Assembly (NCBI GenBank): GCA_018656065.1
Contig: JABHZY010000024.1
Location: forward strand, 160,970 to 224,969
Direction of reading: 5' to 3'
DNA length: 64,000 nucleotides
From: Candidatus Komeilibacteria bacterium
GTDB taxonomy: Bacteria; Patescibacteriota; Patescibacteriia; UBA1558; GWA2-36-10
This document shows, piece by piece, positions 63,993 to 64,000 of the stretch; within the stretch, counting starts at the first letter, position 1; the number at the start of each line of letters is the position of its first letter. The notes under the pieces were generated by a model, which saw nothing but the letters and a program-made list of their open reading frames with translations, searched no databases and was not told where the DNA came from. The translations under genes and the position numbers were made by a program.

Positions 63993-64000
63993 AGACTCAT

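Noticed and set aside
1-64000. CRISPR arrays, rRNA genes, and an alternative genetic code (UGA recoding).
   Set aside because: I saw no regularly spaced direct repeats and no rRNA-like conserved blocks. Housekeeping ORFs are full-length under the standard code with normal stops.

Overview
This is an AT-rich bacterial chromosome segment of compact, mostly minus-strand housekeeping genes. Sampled native lines run about one-third G+C. The housekeeping content is:
- Glycolysis: fba, tpiA, pgk, eno and two tandem gpmI.
- A dcw cluster: mraZ-rsmH-ftsL-ftsI-murF.
- aspS, asnS and argS.
- dnaB-ybaB-recR, rplU, rplJ-rplL and scpA/scpB.
- An [FeFe]-hydrogenase with a NuoF-like partner, a P-type ATPase and an ABC exporter.
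- Five intact tRNAs, all with encoded CCA.

The gene style (an AspRS without the GAD insertion, many small secreted Cys-repeat proteins) suggests a reduced-genome lineage such as Patescibacteria/CPR. That is inference only.

Two things are not ordinary.

1. An integrative island of about 8 kb (3319-11331) has split a host tRNA-Thr(GGU) inside its anticodon loop. The shared core is ATGGTAA, and the island carries its own divergent replacement tRNA-Thr(GGU). It encodes two tyrosine recombinases and a standalone reverse transcriptase. The RT is preceded by a promoter-defined, structured, ORF-less leader of about 290 nt, whose antisense strand is stop-free over its whole length. The island also encodes a Schlafen/AlbA_2-like protein and a TIGR02391-like protein. 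This is my best candidate for an undescribed RT-based, probably defence, system.

2. Six short GC-rich blocks sit in intergenic spacers between conserved genes. Each is bounded by a native-style TTGACA-17-TATAAT-like promoter and a strong intrinsic terminator. They encode orphan, mostly signal-peptide or membrane proteins, or in one case no ORF at all.

There is also a family of GC-rich palindromic intergenic repeats. Two 65-bp copies (61/65 identical, inverted) each donate the -35 box of a neighbouring promoter. I saw no rRNA and no CRISPR array.
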